Shown here piece by piece: positions 13,611 to 27,052 of a stretch of DNA of 64,000 nt. Each line of letters opens with the position of its first letter. Position 1 is the first letter of the stretch. The DNA lies in contig NC_043010.1 of assembly GCF_006345805.1 (NCBI RefSeq), positions 40,300,001-40,364,000 of the forward strand. Direction: 5' to 3'. This DNA is from Octopus sinensis (lineage: Eukaryota). The notes beneath the pieces were generated by a model, which searched no databases, had not been told where the DNA came from, and saw nothing but the letters and a program-made list of their open reading frames with translations. A program made the translations under genes and the position numbers.

Positions 13611-14282
13611 TATAGGAAAAGAAAGAATAAAGAATATTAAGCGGGTCTCAACTGGGGGCCATACAAAAGCTTTTGTAAGTCCACGCTAGCAAAATAGTAA
13701 ATAGAGGATCCACAATAGTATTTTAAGAGTCGATGAAAAGCTTTGTCTCAGTGCAAGACACCACTAGGTTCCTTTCTCTAATGTTTTACATAGTTTAACA
13801 TGTTTCCGGTAACACTGAAACATGTTCCCTCATTACAAAGCTAAACAAGTGAACATGTGAAAAATAAAATGAGAATTTTGAAAGAAGTATCTATGAAACT
13901 TGCATTTGAACATTGAAATCAAAGGAATACATAAGTAAAAAAAAAAAAAGACAGAGAGAGCGTTGAAAAACATTTGTGTTTGGTTCGGCAATATCAAAGA
14001 TTACATATTGTTTCGGAGGTAACAACAATTCTTGTGATAACCTGTTAGTAAACATAAGTTAAGCTGTTATTGGTATGGAATACGGCCGGAAAAATGGTGT
14101 TGCAAACTTGATAGTCGTGTTAATGGTAACCATCTTCACTGTTCTCTAAAATATAAGACAGAAATTACTAGTTGATATGATACAAACTCTTATCTGTGTC
14201 TTGTAGCGTTTCTGAGCACAAACATGAGCCAAAATGTGCTACAGAAGTCTTACAAAATTTAGCAGCCGTAGTTTTTCTTTTC

Positions 14283-14686
14283 TGGCTGTGTGGTAAGTAG
14301 CTTGCTTACCAACCACATGGTTCCGGGTTCATTCCCACTGCGTGGCACCTTGGGCAAGTGTCTTCTACTATAGCCTCGGGCCGGCCAAAGCCTTGTGAGT
14401 GGATTTGGTAGACGGAAACTGAAAGAAGCCCGTCGTATATATGTATGTATATGTATGTGTGTATATGTTTCTGTGTCTGTGTTTGTCCCCCCCCCCACCA
14501 TTGCTTGACAACCGATGGCGATGTGTTTACGTCCCCGTAACTTAGCGGTTTAGCGAAAGAGACTGATAGAGTAAGTACTGGTCTTACAAAGAATAAGTCC
14601 AACGGTCGAGTTACTCGACTAAAAGGCAGTGCTCCAGCATGGCCGCAGTCAGATGACTGAAACAAGTAAAAGAGTAAAGAGTAAGA
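14283..14686 (+). mobile_element. SINE family A, near full length
   Basis: Same modules; the first 10 bp or so of the head are missing. Confidence 0.93.
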
Positions 14687-16526
14687 ATTTAATATCCGCA
14701 ATATGAACAGAACCTGTACGGTTCTCCAATTGGAGACAGTTGTCTCTAGTTTAAACGAAATCTACTTCATGAATATTCAAATCTGCAAGATCCAGCAGTT
14801 ATCTAATGAGTCATGGGGAAGCGTAGATATTTTCACAATGATAATGACAGCAGATATATTATGATCAAGTGTCGCCAGAAGGGGCTGAATTTCTCTCAAA
14901 TAAATCATGGGGTGTATCAGAACACATATCTAATAAATAGCAACAACATATTTTGAAGTTGAAGCAAAAGAGATCAAGTAAGTCGGTAGTAAACATCTTC
15001 AAACTTACTTAAGCATTAACCGGCATTCGACTGAACCTCCATAACAAGTGGTTACAAAACAAACTGTTAAGCCCACAGCTATGCCTTTCTGGATTTACAT
15101 TATAACGCCGCGTTGCGTACCTTGGATTAAAACCAAACCCACCTTTGGCAGTACATCTGTAATTTCAATGTAGTTTAAATGAGAGGAACAAACATTCGAC
15201 TGCTGAAAAGAAGCGCGTCATACTGAGACTATTGAGCAGCGGTGAAATCGAAAATTTTAGTTTTAAATAGAAAAAGCAAAATTATGAAATTTTCTGCCTC
15301 TTCACCTTTTCGGCAAATTCTCTCTTTTAGTTTATTTTTGTTGAACTATTATATATTTTAATTACATACTTTCTCTCCCTTACTATAGGTAATTGATCCA
15401 ATCTGGATGTTTCTTTTTTCTCCAAATTAATCATTATATGCTTTTTATATTTCATACTTATTTATCACTCTTACACTCTTTCTCTCTTTCTCTCTCTCTC
15501 TCTTTCTCTTTATATATATATATGTGTGTGTGTGTGTGTATGTGTATATATATACATATATATATGTGTATATATATATATATATATAATTTAAATAAAT
15601 AAAATATATGCATACATACATATATGTACGTACCTACATCTATATGTATATATACATGTAGATGTAGGTACGTACATATATGTATGTATGCATATATTTT
15701 ATTTATTAAATTATTATTTGACTGAGCGCCCTCGCGTCGTCTCGTTTCTTTTCTCCAAGTAAGTTTATATATATATATATTATATATATATATATATATA
15801 TGCGCATACCTATTTATATTTGTATAAATAAATAGACTCAATAGCTTTCTCAGTCACTTCTGCCCGTTTTCTACTATTTCATACCTTCGCAATCATCATA
15901 TATCTATCCCCCACCGACCGCAATGCGGTACAACTTTGTATCAATGACAAATCACAGTCTCAGTAGAATAGTTTGATCTACAGAGAGAATTTTGAATTGG
16001 TTATGGCAGGTGGACAAATTTAGTTAAAGTTACTAATATTCGCGTCGGTACCTCTGTAGTATAAGTAATGACATATGCGTTTGGGGAACCATATGCAAAA
16101 AGTTGTTGTCACAAGTCACAATGGAATAAATGTTTTACAATAAACCAAATCCAAAAGCATTTTTAAAAACCAATGATCGATCAGAAAAGTTTCCTTCTAA
16201 CGACACCAATTATCAGCCCAATCATTTAAGTTTACGCCTCTGTAAGTTAGCGTTTCGTTAAAAGATTTCCAGAAATAATTACCTGACAAAGACTCGAATA
16301 ATGGGTTTGTTTGTTTGACTAAATCATTGAAGGCGGTATTCCAGTAGGGCCACAGTCAAATGGCTGAAATAATTAAAATAATAAGTTTTATTTGATTTGC
16401 TTCCTAGTGTTCAATCTGAGAAGTGTAGGCTTCACCCATAAATAACCCATGCAGTTTGCCCTAACATGTGACGATGATACATATGAGATTTAATTTAATT
16501 ATTGATCTACTATAGAAATTATAAGT

Positions 16527-16825
16527 GGAGGCACATGGCCTAGTGGTTAGAGCAGCAGATTCGCGGTCGAAGGATCGCAGGTTCGAATCCCAGACCGGGT
16601 AATGTGTGTTTATGAGCGAAATACCTACGTTCTACGCGGCTCAGGCAGAAGGTAATGGCGAACTTCTACCGACTCTTATGCCAAAACTGTCTCTCACTCT
16701 TTCCTCCTGCATCTTGCAGCTCCCCTGCAATGGACCGGCGTTCCGTCCAGGAGGGGAACCTATACGCCAAGGAGACCGGGAAACAGTCCCTTATGAGCCA
16801 GGCATGGCTCGAGAAGGAACAAACG
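16527..16825 (+). mobile_element. tRNA(Arg)-like-headed SINE family C
   Basis: A box tggcctagtgg (16536-46) and B box ggttcgaatcc (16580-90). Body has a V-domain-like cctgcaatggaccggcgttccgtccagg. Flanked by a 13-bp TSD atagaaattataa (16512-24 and 16826-38). Confidence 0.88.
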
Positions 16826-16911
16826 ATAGAAATTATAAATCAATTTGTTTTATTGAGTGGAGTAAATATTAACAAATATATTTAACATAAAACCCCAAGA
16901 TTATAAAAAGT

Positions 16912-17318
16912 AGGCGTAGAAGTGGCTGTGTGGTAAGTAGCTTGCTTACGAATCACATGGTTCTGGGTCCATACCCACTGCGTGGCACATTGGGCAAGTG
17001 TCTTCTACTATGGCCGCGGGCCGACCAAAACCTTGTGAGTGAATTTGGTAGACGGAAACCGAAAGAAGCCCGTCGTGTATATGTATATGTGTGTGTGTGT
17101 GTGTTTGTGTGTCTGTGTTTGCCCCCCCCCAGCAACGTCGCTTGACAACCGATGCTGGTGTGTTTACGCCCCCGTAACTTAGCTGTTCGGCAAAAGAGGC
17201 CGATAACATAAGTACTATGCTTACAAAGAATAAGTCCTGGGGTCGATTTCCTCGATTAAAGGCCCTGCTCCAGCATAGCCACAGTCAAATGACTGAAACA
17301 AGTAAAAGAGTAAAAGAG
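16912..17318 (+). mobile_element. SINE family A, full length
   Basis: Head, internal (TG)n and GTAAAAGA tail are all present. Confidence 0.93.
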
Positions 17319-17699
17319 AAGGGATGACAGAAATGTCCAAGATGGGTTCAGCAGAAGTTGTTTTTGACTTTAAGCGATACACGGTAGCAGCTTATTTTCT
17401 TCCAAACAGTTGTCTAATTCGATTTTCTTTAGAAGTGTAAATTTAATTTAGACATTTTAGTTCTTTTTATGTTGAAATAAAACTTTTTCTTAGACTTTAA
17501 AATGTCACATGCTATTTACTAAAAGTTTGATTTATTCCAACTGAAAACAATCAAGATAAGCCACTGGAAAACGCATAATTGAATTTCTTAATGATGTTGA
17601 TACCAAGAAGAGATATGAGATTTTAACCGCTTTGTTTTACAACATAATATATTGATTATGAAAAGGAGACATGGTTAATGATGATAGAAAACAGACACG

Positions 17700-17970
17700 G
17701 TTAATGATGACAGCGAATTATATGACACTCCTTGTGATGGATAAGGCATGAATTTTTACTGCTCAAATAAACCACTGAATTCTCGAGGTTGGCATTTCCG
17801 TAGGTGTTTCTTCACGGAAGTGTCTGTCTGCATGCGTTCCTTATTGTATATATGCAGTTTTCTTGTCGTGCTTCCTATGTATGGTGTGCTGCATTTGCCA
17901 CAGATGATCTCATATACAACATAGGTCCTCTGGCACAATTTAGGGCCATTGATGGGGCAGTTCGACAGTG
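17700..17970 (-). mobile_element. Penelope-like element, GIY-YIG endonuclease fragment
   Basis: Minus translation NCPINGPKLCQRTYVVYEIICGKCSTPYIGSTTRKLH..KE.MQ fits the PLE pattern C..C-VVYxIxCxxC..YIGxTxRxLxxRxxEH. Confidence 0.85.
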
Positions 17971-18085
17971 TGTGCCAGGAGACCTATGTTGTATTTGGGA
18001 TCATCTGTGGCAAATGTGGCGCATCCTACATAGGAAGCACGACAGGAAAACTACATATACGTATTAAGGAACACATGCAGAGTAT
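17971..18085 (+). mobile_element. Second, inverted PLE GIY-YIG fragment
   Basis: CQETYVVFGIICGKCGASYIGSTTGKLHIRIKEHMQ; an inverted copy of 17828-17937. Confidence 0.85.
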
Positions 18086-18399
18086 TTTGGTTGTGTAGGT
18101 GATGTTTTAGAAGGAAAAATGGAAAAATCGCAATTTATTGTGTTGTAAAAAAGATTCAATGAAACTGCCCGGTCTCGAGGTCGAATGGCGTTCATTTCAC
18201 CTTTCATTTTTCACTTTCATCTTTTTCATTCGTTTTCTTTTCCCCCTCTTTGTCCTTGTTTGTCCCATCTATGTTAGGCTCTATGTGGCCAAATAAAGAA
18301 GTACATTCGGTGAGGTACGCAGTGCGGGCCAGTCACGTAGGCGACGAAGATACGTCATAATAATGCTGGACATATCAGAATAGTAGGTTTATCCAACTA

Positions 18400-20652
18400 A
18401 AGTGTCTAAATTAATATGTCACAAGAGAAGTGTTTGGTGTCACTCAAAGACACGAAAAGATCTGGACGAAGAATCTTGTGCAATTTCAAGACTCCCATAA
18501 GAAAAGAAGACATGTTCCTCTGGAATAGCATTCTTTGGAAAACAACTGCAGGATACCAATAAAACTTCAAATTGTTAGTCGCTACCTGTTCCTTAGAAGT
18601 ACCATCAAAGGAAGAAAGGAAAGAACAGAGTAAATTTCGAAAGAGGTAACTGTTTTATGGCAAAAGAAATCAATTCAAAATGTACAAGTAAAAGTAGAAA
18701 AAATGCTGAATACCTACGATAAATGTGTAAAACGAGGAAAATATGATTCATTGAAAGGAATGTTTGATATCACAAAGGAAAACGGTGAATGGATGTGCAG
18801 TGAGGAAAGAAGGTTATATTATCTTCAAATTGAACGCTAGGGACAGATTGGATATGCTACTGGAAAAGTAGCCAGTTCCAAAACTATCCATCCAAAAGAA
18901 TAAAAGTGTCCTTAATGTGAAATTCAAACAGAGGAACTCCAGTGTCATCGTCAACGCCTGAAGAAGAGACTGAAAGTGAATATCAAGAGTCCGAAAAATC
19001 AGATGAAGAATCCACACAAACAAGGAGGAAGTATAGCAAAACTTGAACTGCAACAAAGTTAGTACTATCTTCCAAGCTATCAACCCAAAAAGCAGCAACA
19101 GTTTGTCGATAATTATTTCAACATGAAATCAATGTCGAGACTCCTCCTCAATCTAGTATTTACAGATCGACTATCAAAGAATCTGTTAAACTAAAAAGAA
19201 AATGAACACTAAATTTAGAAAACTGGTCATTGCAATGACCAAGAATAGCAAGCACTAGTTTTAAAGAATGAATAGAGAAAAGTTAAATTAGAAGCACTCC
19301 AATTACCAAAGGGAAAAGCCGATACTGTTGTGAAAAGAATAACAGCTGTTTTAGATGAATACAATTTATGGAATTGTGTAAAGATAATTGTTATTGATAC
19401 AATGAGTGTGAACACTGGGAAAAGAAATGGCATTGCCATTCAGCTGCAAAGACTGTTTGCTCAAAAGGTTTGAAAGAATCGTAATTTATTGGTTGTCAGC
19501 ATCATATTTTTGATAGAACTTGGAGAAAAAAGTCATCTCCCAATATTGAAAATACATTTATCCCAGAGCTTCTAAGAAAAGATTACTGAATCAGTAAGAT
19601 GGGGAGATGATATGAAATTTCTATTTCATTTGAGAAGAGTTTTTAGAAGAAACCGGCAAATTTTCTACTGTAATGTTTCAAAAAATATCCAAGTTAAGTA
19701 GTGCAAGATGGAATTCTCGAGCAATACTAGCTCTTTTGGCATTTATTCTTCTACAAGAGAAAAGAGTTTTACTTCTCAATGTTTATCGATTCATCTCTTA
19801 CAAATGGGGAGATTTTTGGTGTACTTGCAAAATGCTCAATTCAGAAGTTATATAGTAGCCTGCAATTGCATAAAAAGCATTGAACTCTGTAAAAAAATTT
19901 TTGGAGTCGAGCACCATCAAAACTGGAAATTCCCAGAACAAATCAGAATGCAGAACGGGCTATCAAGTGCCTTCAAGATCTTTATGATATTTGAAGGCAC
20001 TTCAAATAAAGAAGGAGAAAATTCACCATTGATTTATTTTATCTAACAAAACATATCAATTCTTTGTTATGCTTAAAAGTTTGCTAATATTCAGTACCCT
20101 ATTTCTAATACAATTATATAAAATTGGAATTAAACCTATAGAGTTAAAAATATGTATTGTTTTTAATTTTGTATCTCATCGAATGTTTGTAGTGGCCGCT
20201 GTCTTAAAATAGCCTAGTTTTGAACATTTGCGTAGAGCAATTTCAATTCAGTAAACTTAAAAATGTAGAAACACACTTTTATTCCTCGTACCTCTTGCGT
20301 TTACAAGGATATAGGCAACGGAAATACTGAAATGTGAATCTACTGGCCCCTAGTGATTATTGTTTTAAAAGCTATAACTCCAAAACTACTCCAAATTGAA
20401 AGCTAAAACTTCAGATATACAATTTTGTATTACATTGAGTCAGTACAGCAAGTTTGGTAAAAACATGAGCAGGCGTTATGAACCTCATTAGAATTTTGCA
20501 TAATTTGAATCAAAAGTGGTGATCGATTTCTTAAGTTGGGGGCGATGTTTTTGTCATATAAAGCAGAATAAATATTAGATTTCTGATTCTTACGACCTTA
20601 TTCATAGAATTACAGTATAGAGCTATTAGGTTGAGAAAAGGTCATCACCCTA
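18400..20652 (+). mobile_element. Decayed hAT-superfamily (hATm-like) DNA transposon
   Basis: Frameshifted transposase motifs occur in order: IVIDTMSVNTGKRNG, FIGCQHHIFD (CxxH), SARWNSRAILALLA (RW), IPRTNQNAERAIK (catalytic E). The 3' end is CACCCTA, the reverse of TAGGGTG. The 5' end was not found. Confidence 0.65.
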
Positions 20653-20687
20653 ATATATATATATATATAATATATATATAATATATA

Positions 20688-20804
<117 letters not shown>

Positions 20805-21540
20805 ATATATATATGTATGTTTATATATATATATATATATGCCTACATATACATATAAATATATGTATGTGTGTACATGTATGTATATGAATATATAAAT
20901 TTAAGCATATATATATATATATGCACACACAAACACACAGACGCATAGACACACATATATTCACATATACATACATACATGCATACATAAATCTATATAT
21001 GTAATTATATGTGCTTGTGCGTGTTTATGCATGTATGAACGTACGTATATACAGCACTACGGATATTTCTGTAATATTCCTATAAAATACTTCTAAAAAA
21101 AAAAAAATTATCGTTCAGCCAGATACCAATTCGAGGACACGTGCCCAAGCAGCTAAAGTGTGAGTCCAAAGGTGTATTTAAACATTGGCTAAACACATAC
21201 AGAATTCTACACATTTCAAGATAGATATCATGAGAAAATGTTGGCACAAAAATCTAGGCCATCAAAATGAAAATAAACGAGAAAAAATTCTATACTAAAT
21301 ATTAACAAATAAAATAGAAAATGTTCCGAAATAGGTTATACTGAAATAGAGGAAATTTCATCGGAAATTGGTTGGGAACATTGGAAATCGCTGATATGAT
21401 ATTTATAAAATTGATATTTTATTATGTTACAGAAATAGATTTAATATTAAAAGGCTATATGATATTGGGGTATTTCGATCGCAGAAAATGGCGCACGCAT
21501 TACGCATTGAGATTAGGTTATGATAAAGACATTGCAATGT

Positions 21541-21604
<64 letters not shown>

Positions 21605-21605
21605 T

Positions 21606-21729
<124 letters not shown>

Positions 21730-22107
21730 TACTCTTCCGTTAAGATCGGCAAAATGTATAGTCTAGTGGGAGGTAAATATCACTTAATGTAACTACTAAA
21801 TTTATAAAGATCATGCTACGAATAGTTTCTTGCTGTGGTGACACGGGTCTAGGCATGTTTTTATAACACACAATATATCTCAAAGCAATATACACCCTTT
21901 GAGCGTATGGTTTATAGTATTTGAAAATCAGGACGCTGATATATGAGAAATCACGAGGAAAAGCGAGGAGGGTAATGCAAAAAGTAGAACGGGGAATAAA
22001 AACAGAAAAAGAAAGAAAATCAGTCTAACATGAACATTGGTCATAAAAGCCATAATTAAATTAGGTGTTATAGAAGAATTCAACGTAGAAGGATCTACAA
22101 TCTGTAC

Positions 22108-22172
<65 letters not shown>

Positions 22173-22280
22173 CAGCTTGGGAAGTGACTCCTACTATAGC
22201 GTCGAGTCGATCAGAGCCATGTGAGTGCATTTGGTTGACAGAAACTTAAAGAATCCCGTGGTATATATATATAATATATA

Positions 22281-22310
<30 letters not shown>

Positions 22311-22311
<1 letters not shown>

Positions 22312-22740
22312 GGCGCAGGAGTGGCTGTGTGATAAGTAGCTTGCTAACCAACCACATGGTTACGGTTTCAGTCCCACTGCGTGGCATCTTGGGCAAGTGT
22401 ATTCTGCTATAGCCCCGGGCCGACCAATGCCTTGTGAGTGGATTTGGTAGACGGAAACTGAAAGAAGCCTGTCGTATATATGTATATATATATATATAAG
22501 TGTGTGTGTATATGTTTGTGTGTCTGTGTTTGTCCCCCTAGCATTGCTTGACAACCGATGCTGGTGTGTTTACGTCCCCGTAACTTAGCAGTTCGGCAAA
22601 AGAGACCGATAGAATAAGTACTGGGCTTACAAAGAATAAGTCCCGGGGTCGATTTGCTCGACTAAAGGCGGTGCTCCAGCATGGCCGCAGTCAAATGACT
22701 GAAACAAGTAAAAGAGTAAAAGAGTAAAAGAGTAAAAGAG
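22311..22740 (+). mobile_element. SINE family A, full length
   Basis: Complete head and a tail of four GTAAAAGA units, flanked by (TA)n. Confidence 0.95.
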
Positions 22741-22763
22741 TATATATATATATATATATATTA

Positions 22764-22818
22764 ATGCTCCCTTTTAAAGCCTAGCCAGTTATAAGTGCAC
22801 AGACAGACAGGACAGATT

Positions 22819-22899
<81 letters not shown>

Positions 22900-22957
22900 A
22901 TAATCTGTTCTGTCTGTCCTGTGCGCTTATAACTGGCTAGGCTTTAAAAGGCAGCAT
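22764..22957. repeat. Inverted repeat with about 60-bp arms enclosing (TA)n(TG)n; MITE-like
   Basis: atgctcccttttaaagcctagccagttataagtgcacag...ttataca pairs with tgtataatctg...ctggctaggctttaaaaggcagcat with few mismatches. Confidence 0.85.
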
Positions 22958-23009
22958 CTCATATATATATTATATATATATATATAATAATATATATATA
23001 TATATATAC

Positions 23010-23051
<42 letters not shown>

Positions 23052-23074
23052 TCATATATATATATATATATACA

Positions 23075-23791
23075 AATACATACATGCATGCAACTTTGTT
23101 GCACAAAATCCTGCACCACACATTGATCCTTGGGTTGTAACGTAGGGATTTTTGATCCCAAATTGCATCAACCGTAATGGATATGCAATTGGGGAAGTCG
23201 TCTTCTTCGATTTTGCCAGGACTCTAACAGTAAATTCTTTTCGTTGCGGTTTGTCATTTATCTTATATGCCTTCAATAATTGAATTTTATTTGGATAAAT
23301 CTTCAGGTGCTTATGGAGAACTTTATCAGTTGTTGATCTCGGTAGTTACAGTTTGAACGGAAGCAGTACGTATGGACTTAGATGGGAAACGATGAAATGA
23401 CTGACGGATACGCTCAATATCTCCTTTACATGTTCTTAGCCTTCCAGATCTTAGTTTATGTAGTATCATCCCTGTTTCCATAAATTGTTTCAACCAGTTC
23501 CAAATCAACTGACGCAACGGAGCTTGACGTAGCGGAGCTTATTTATCAACCTATGGATAAAGTAAGGCAGCGATTGTGTTTTTTTCTGTGGAGTAGTCAT
23601 TGTCAGATACAAAAAACAACATTAATTGATGCCTGAAACATTAAAAGATAACATTAATATAACTATTAACATCATTAAAAGAACTTTAATGGTAACCAAT
23701 TGAGATTCAACATAAATTTGTTTGCCACCAACACTTCTGACTTTTTTGTAATGAGTTTCTGAAACTGACTAAAGACCTTATGGACACATTG
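23075..23791 (-). mobile_element. Tc1/mariner element, 5' part (HTH DUF4817-type transposase remnant)
   Basis: QFMETGMILHKLRSGRLRT..IERIRQSFHRFPSKSIRTAS followed by KAYKI..DKPQRKEF. TIR-like start caatgtgtccataaggtc. Truncated at a microsatellite. Confidence 0.8.
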
Positions 23792-24281
23792 TTTGTTTGT
23801 GTGTGTGTGCGTGTGCATATGTGTGTGTGTGTGTGTGTGTGCGTGCGTGTGTGTATGTATGTGTGTATGTGTGTGTTTGTGCGTGAGTCTGTGGAGAGTA
23901 GAGCAACTGCCACGAAGGGGGTGCAATATTTAATAAATTTTTCTTAAGTTCATTTGTTTTATTTTTCACAGATAATAAATAGAATTTGGAGATGAACGAC
24001 GAAGAATTTCACGATCAAACAGTGAACATAAATTGTGAAATTATATCAGGATGAAAATTTTAACTCATCGAGTATATGTCGCCATTACAGCATGAAGGAT
24101 TTGTGGTTCGAAAAATCCTACGGCAATTCACCAAAGAAAATGGCATAAACTTAAGGGTACGGCCTGGTGAAAGCTGACATCTGAGGATGTTACCGAAGAA
24201 GTCACAGACGACGATAGCTGCCATATCATTGTTACAATAGATGGATATCAGTAACAAATTCACAGACATATATACATATAT

Positions 24282-24524
24282 GTAGAAGTGGCCGTGTGGT
24301 AAATAGCTTGTTTACCAACCACATGGTTCCGAGTTCAGTCCCACTGCGTGGCACCTTGGACAAGTGTCTTTTACCATAGCCTCGGACCGACCAAAGCCTT
24401 GTGAATGGATTTGGTAGACGGAAACTGAAAGAAGCGCGTCGTATATATGTATATGTATGTATGTATGTTTGTGTGCCTGTGTTTGTCCCCCCAACATCGC
24501 TTGACAACCGATGCTGGTGTGTTT
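24282..24524 (+). mobile_element. SINE family A, 3'-truncated
   Basis: Matches the family up to gatgctggtgtgttt, then is replaced by an AT-rich palindrome. Confidence 0.9.
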
Positions 24525-24611
24525 AAAAAATACATTTAAAGGTTAAATTTATAAACAACTTATAAACAAAAGAAAGTTGTTATAAATTTAACCTTTAAAG
24601 GTATTTTTTAA
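24523..24611. repeat. AT-rich fold-back palindrome with about 38-bp arms
   Basis: ttaaaaaatacatttaaaggttaaatttataaacaactt / aagttgttataaatttaacctttaaaggtattttttaa; one mismatch and one indel. Confidence 0.9.
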
Positions 24612-25079
24612 TATGCTGGCCATTGATAAAATTTTTTCGAAAATGTTTTCCTATATTAGATGTAAATTTAATGCTATTCACTTCCGGACTCTCTCAATAT
24701 TTGAGAATTTTCAGTCCGATCACACGTGTCTCGAGGTATGCTGTAGAATTTCTACTTTGGATATATTTGGGATACTTGAGTGTATTCATGACTTAGTGTT
24801 TGCTTCTTCCATGGGTGAAAGTTAGTATCTGATTTATTTTCTTATCGCATTTACCGCTGATGACGAGAAAATTCTAAATGAATTAACTCAGAAATCGGGG
24901 CCGATTCGATAATAACGAATTTTTTTTTTGAAATTTCTGTCGGCTTAGATTCGAGACGCGTGCTTGTAGTGATAAATTATATGGTTATTGACGACTAAGT
25001 CTATTTTCGGTATATTTGAACATTGGAATTTGTTTTCTTTTGCCCTTGTTTATAAGTTGTTGATATACATATAATATAT

Positions 25080-25124
<45 letters not shown>

Positions 25125-26014
25125 TATAACGATTCCAGATGAGTGTTTCTTCTGCATGAATTCATTGTGGGACGCGATTTAAATCAATTTCACGTGCTGA
25201 ATGATTTCTGTCACAAAAGACGTTGCATAACAGTATATAAGATCTGAACGTGGATGTTCTAACTGCTTTGCAATTTAGCAATTTTTTTTTTGTGTTATAC
25301 GCTGTTATAAATGATTAAATAATGTTTGCCTAATTGCCGAACAACTTTTTTTTTCTCTGGATTTTCTTTTCGCGTGAATCTGTAAAATAGCCGAAACGCA
25401 TTTTCTTGAGTAGATACAAAAAATTGTAATAACAGACACACGATCAAGAAAACACGGAACATTGGTTATAGAAAGAATTATTATTCGTTTCATTTCAGTG
25501 GTGACGAGCGAAAAGCGAAGTGTTACACATCATTGCCATATTCTCCGTTCTTCCGATGCATTTTCGGGTATAGAACAACAAAGCACTATTCGCATCAATA
25601 TTCACATCAGTGTATAAACGACTCTATATGCATGAAGTTAAATAATGCCTGTTATTGTTTTTGTTCATTTTTACTTATGTAATATTTGTGTCTTATTTTC
25701 TTGCTGTTTTATTCCCCCTACACAAAATGTTGCACTTTTAAATCACCTGCGAATTAAACCAGTTAACTACTGGAGAAAACAAAATATCGTGCGTGGTACT
25801 GTTGGTAATGTCATGATTCAAGGAAACCGGTAAACGTTTTCAGCCTGGGTAGCTTTAGTTAATATTTGCATAGATTGTTTAATACATTAATCAAACCTAA
25901 TTTATCTTTATAAATATCACTTGCGTGGAATGATACTCATGAAGGAAAAAAGAATAAAACACTATCAAGAATGGAGTTGGTTGTTTGTATACCTTGTTAG
26001 TATACGCGCAACGT

Positions 26015-26419
26015 AGGCGCAGGAGTGGCTGTGTGGTAAGTAGCTTGCTTAGCGACCACATGGTTCCGATTTCAGTTCCACTGCATGGCACCTTGTGCAA
26101 ATGTCTTCTACTAGAGCCTCGGACCGCCCAAAGCCTTGTGAGTGGATTTGGTAGACGGAAACAGAAAGAAACCCGTCGTATATATGTATATATGTGCGTG
26201 TGCGTGTGTGTGTGAGTTTGTGTGTCTGTGTTTGTTCCCCCAACATCGCTCGACAACAGATGTTGGTGTGTTTGCGTCCCCGTTACTTAAGGATTCGGCA
26301 TAAGAGTCCGATAGAATAAGTACTAGGCTTACAAAGAATAAGTCCTGGGGTCGATTTGCTCGACTAAAGGCAGTGCTCCAGCATGGCTGCAGTCAAATGA
26401 CTGAACAAAGTATAAGAGT
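26015..26419 (+). mobile_element. SINE family A, full length
   Basis: All modules are present. Confidence 0.93.
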
Positions 26420-27007
26420 TAAACATTATACGTGAAAAGTTAGTACCTCCGCTACATTGAACATTCCTGGTAATCTGACATTTGTGGATTATTTATGTGC
26501 TAGCGATATAGGTTCGAACGTGAGGGCTGTTTTTGTGTAACGCGGCTGGCGAGAGAGCTCAATAGAATCAGATTTTTAGTGATGATGTAGATTAATATGT
26601 AAGAAAATATATTAGCTAAAGAGTATTTGGTGTGAGTTTAAGAAGTGCGAAAACGGTCAATTTAATGGAGTTTTGTTTCCACTGCACACCTGATGAACTG
26701 CATGTAACGGTAGTACTTGATGCAGAGTTATTTATCATATATTTAACATTCAGCAATGAATGCATTAAATAGAATATGATACCTACTATAGGACAGAGCG
26801 ACTAATGCAACGGAAATTATTCTGGAGTCGTGTCATGTAAGTCTACACGGCATTCACCATGATAGATCGCTAGCCAATACACATTCTTTATTTCTATGGA
26901 AGAGCGTAGGCTCGAAACGTTAAAGACATTTTCACTTCCCGAGCGTTATACTAATTCATCTGTTTGTTGTATACACCACCTCTCTTCGTCTTTTTTTTGC
27001 GAATCCT

Positions 27008-27052
<45 letters not shown>

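Noticed and set aside
13641-13765. Possible hAT MITE
   Set aside because: The terminal repeats are too degenerate to support a call.
16527-16600. Possible tRNA-Arg gene (also at 46005-46078)
   Set aside because: No acceptor-stem closure; it continues into a SINE body and is flanked by TSDs.
21928-22230. Minus ORF with a signal-peptide-like hydrophobic end
   Set aside because: The hydrophobicity comes from a GA-rich low-complexity tract fused to a microsatellite.
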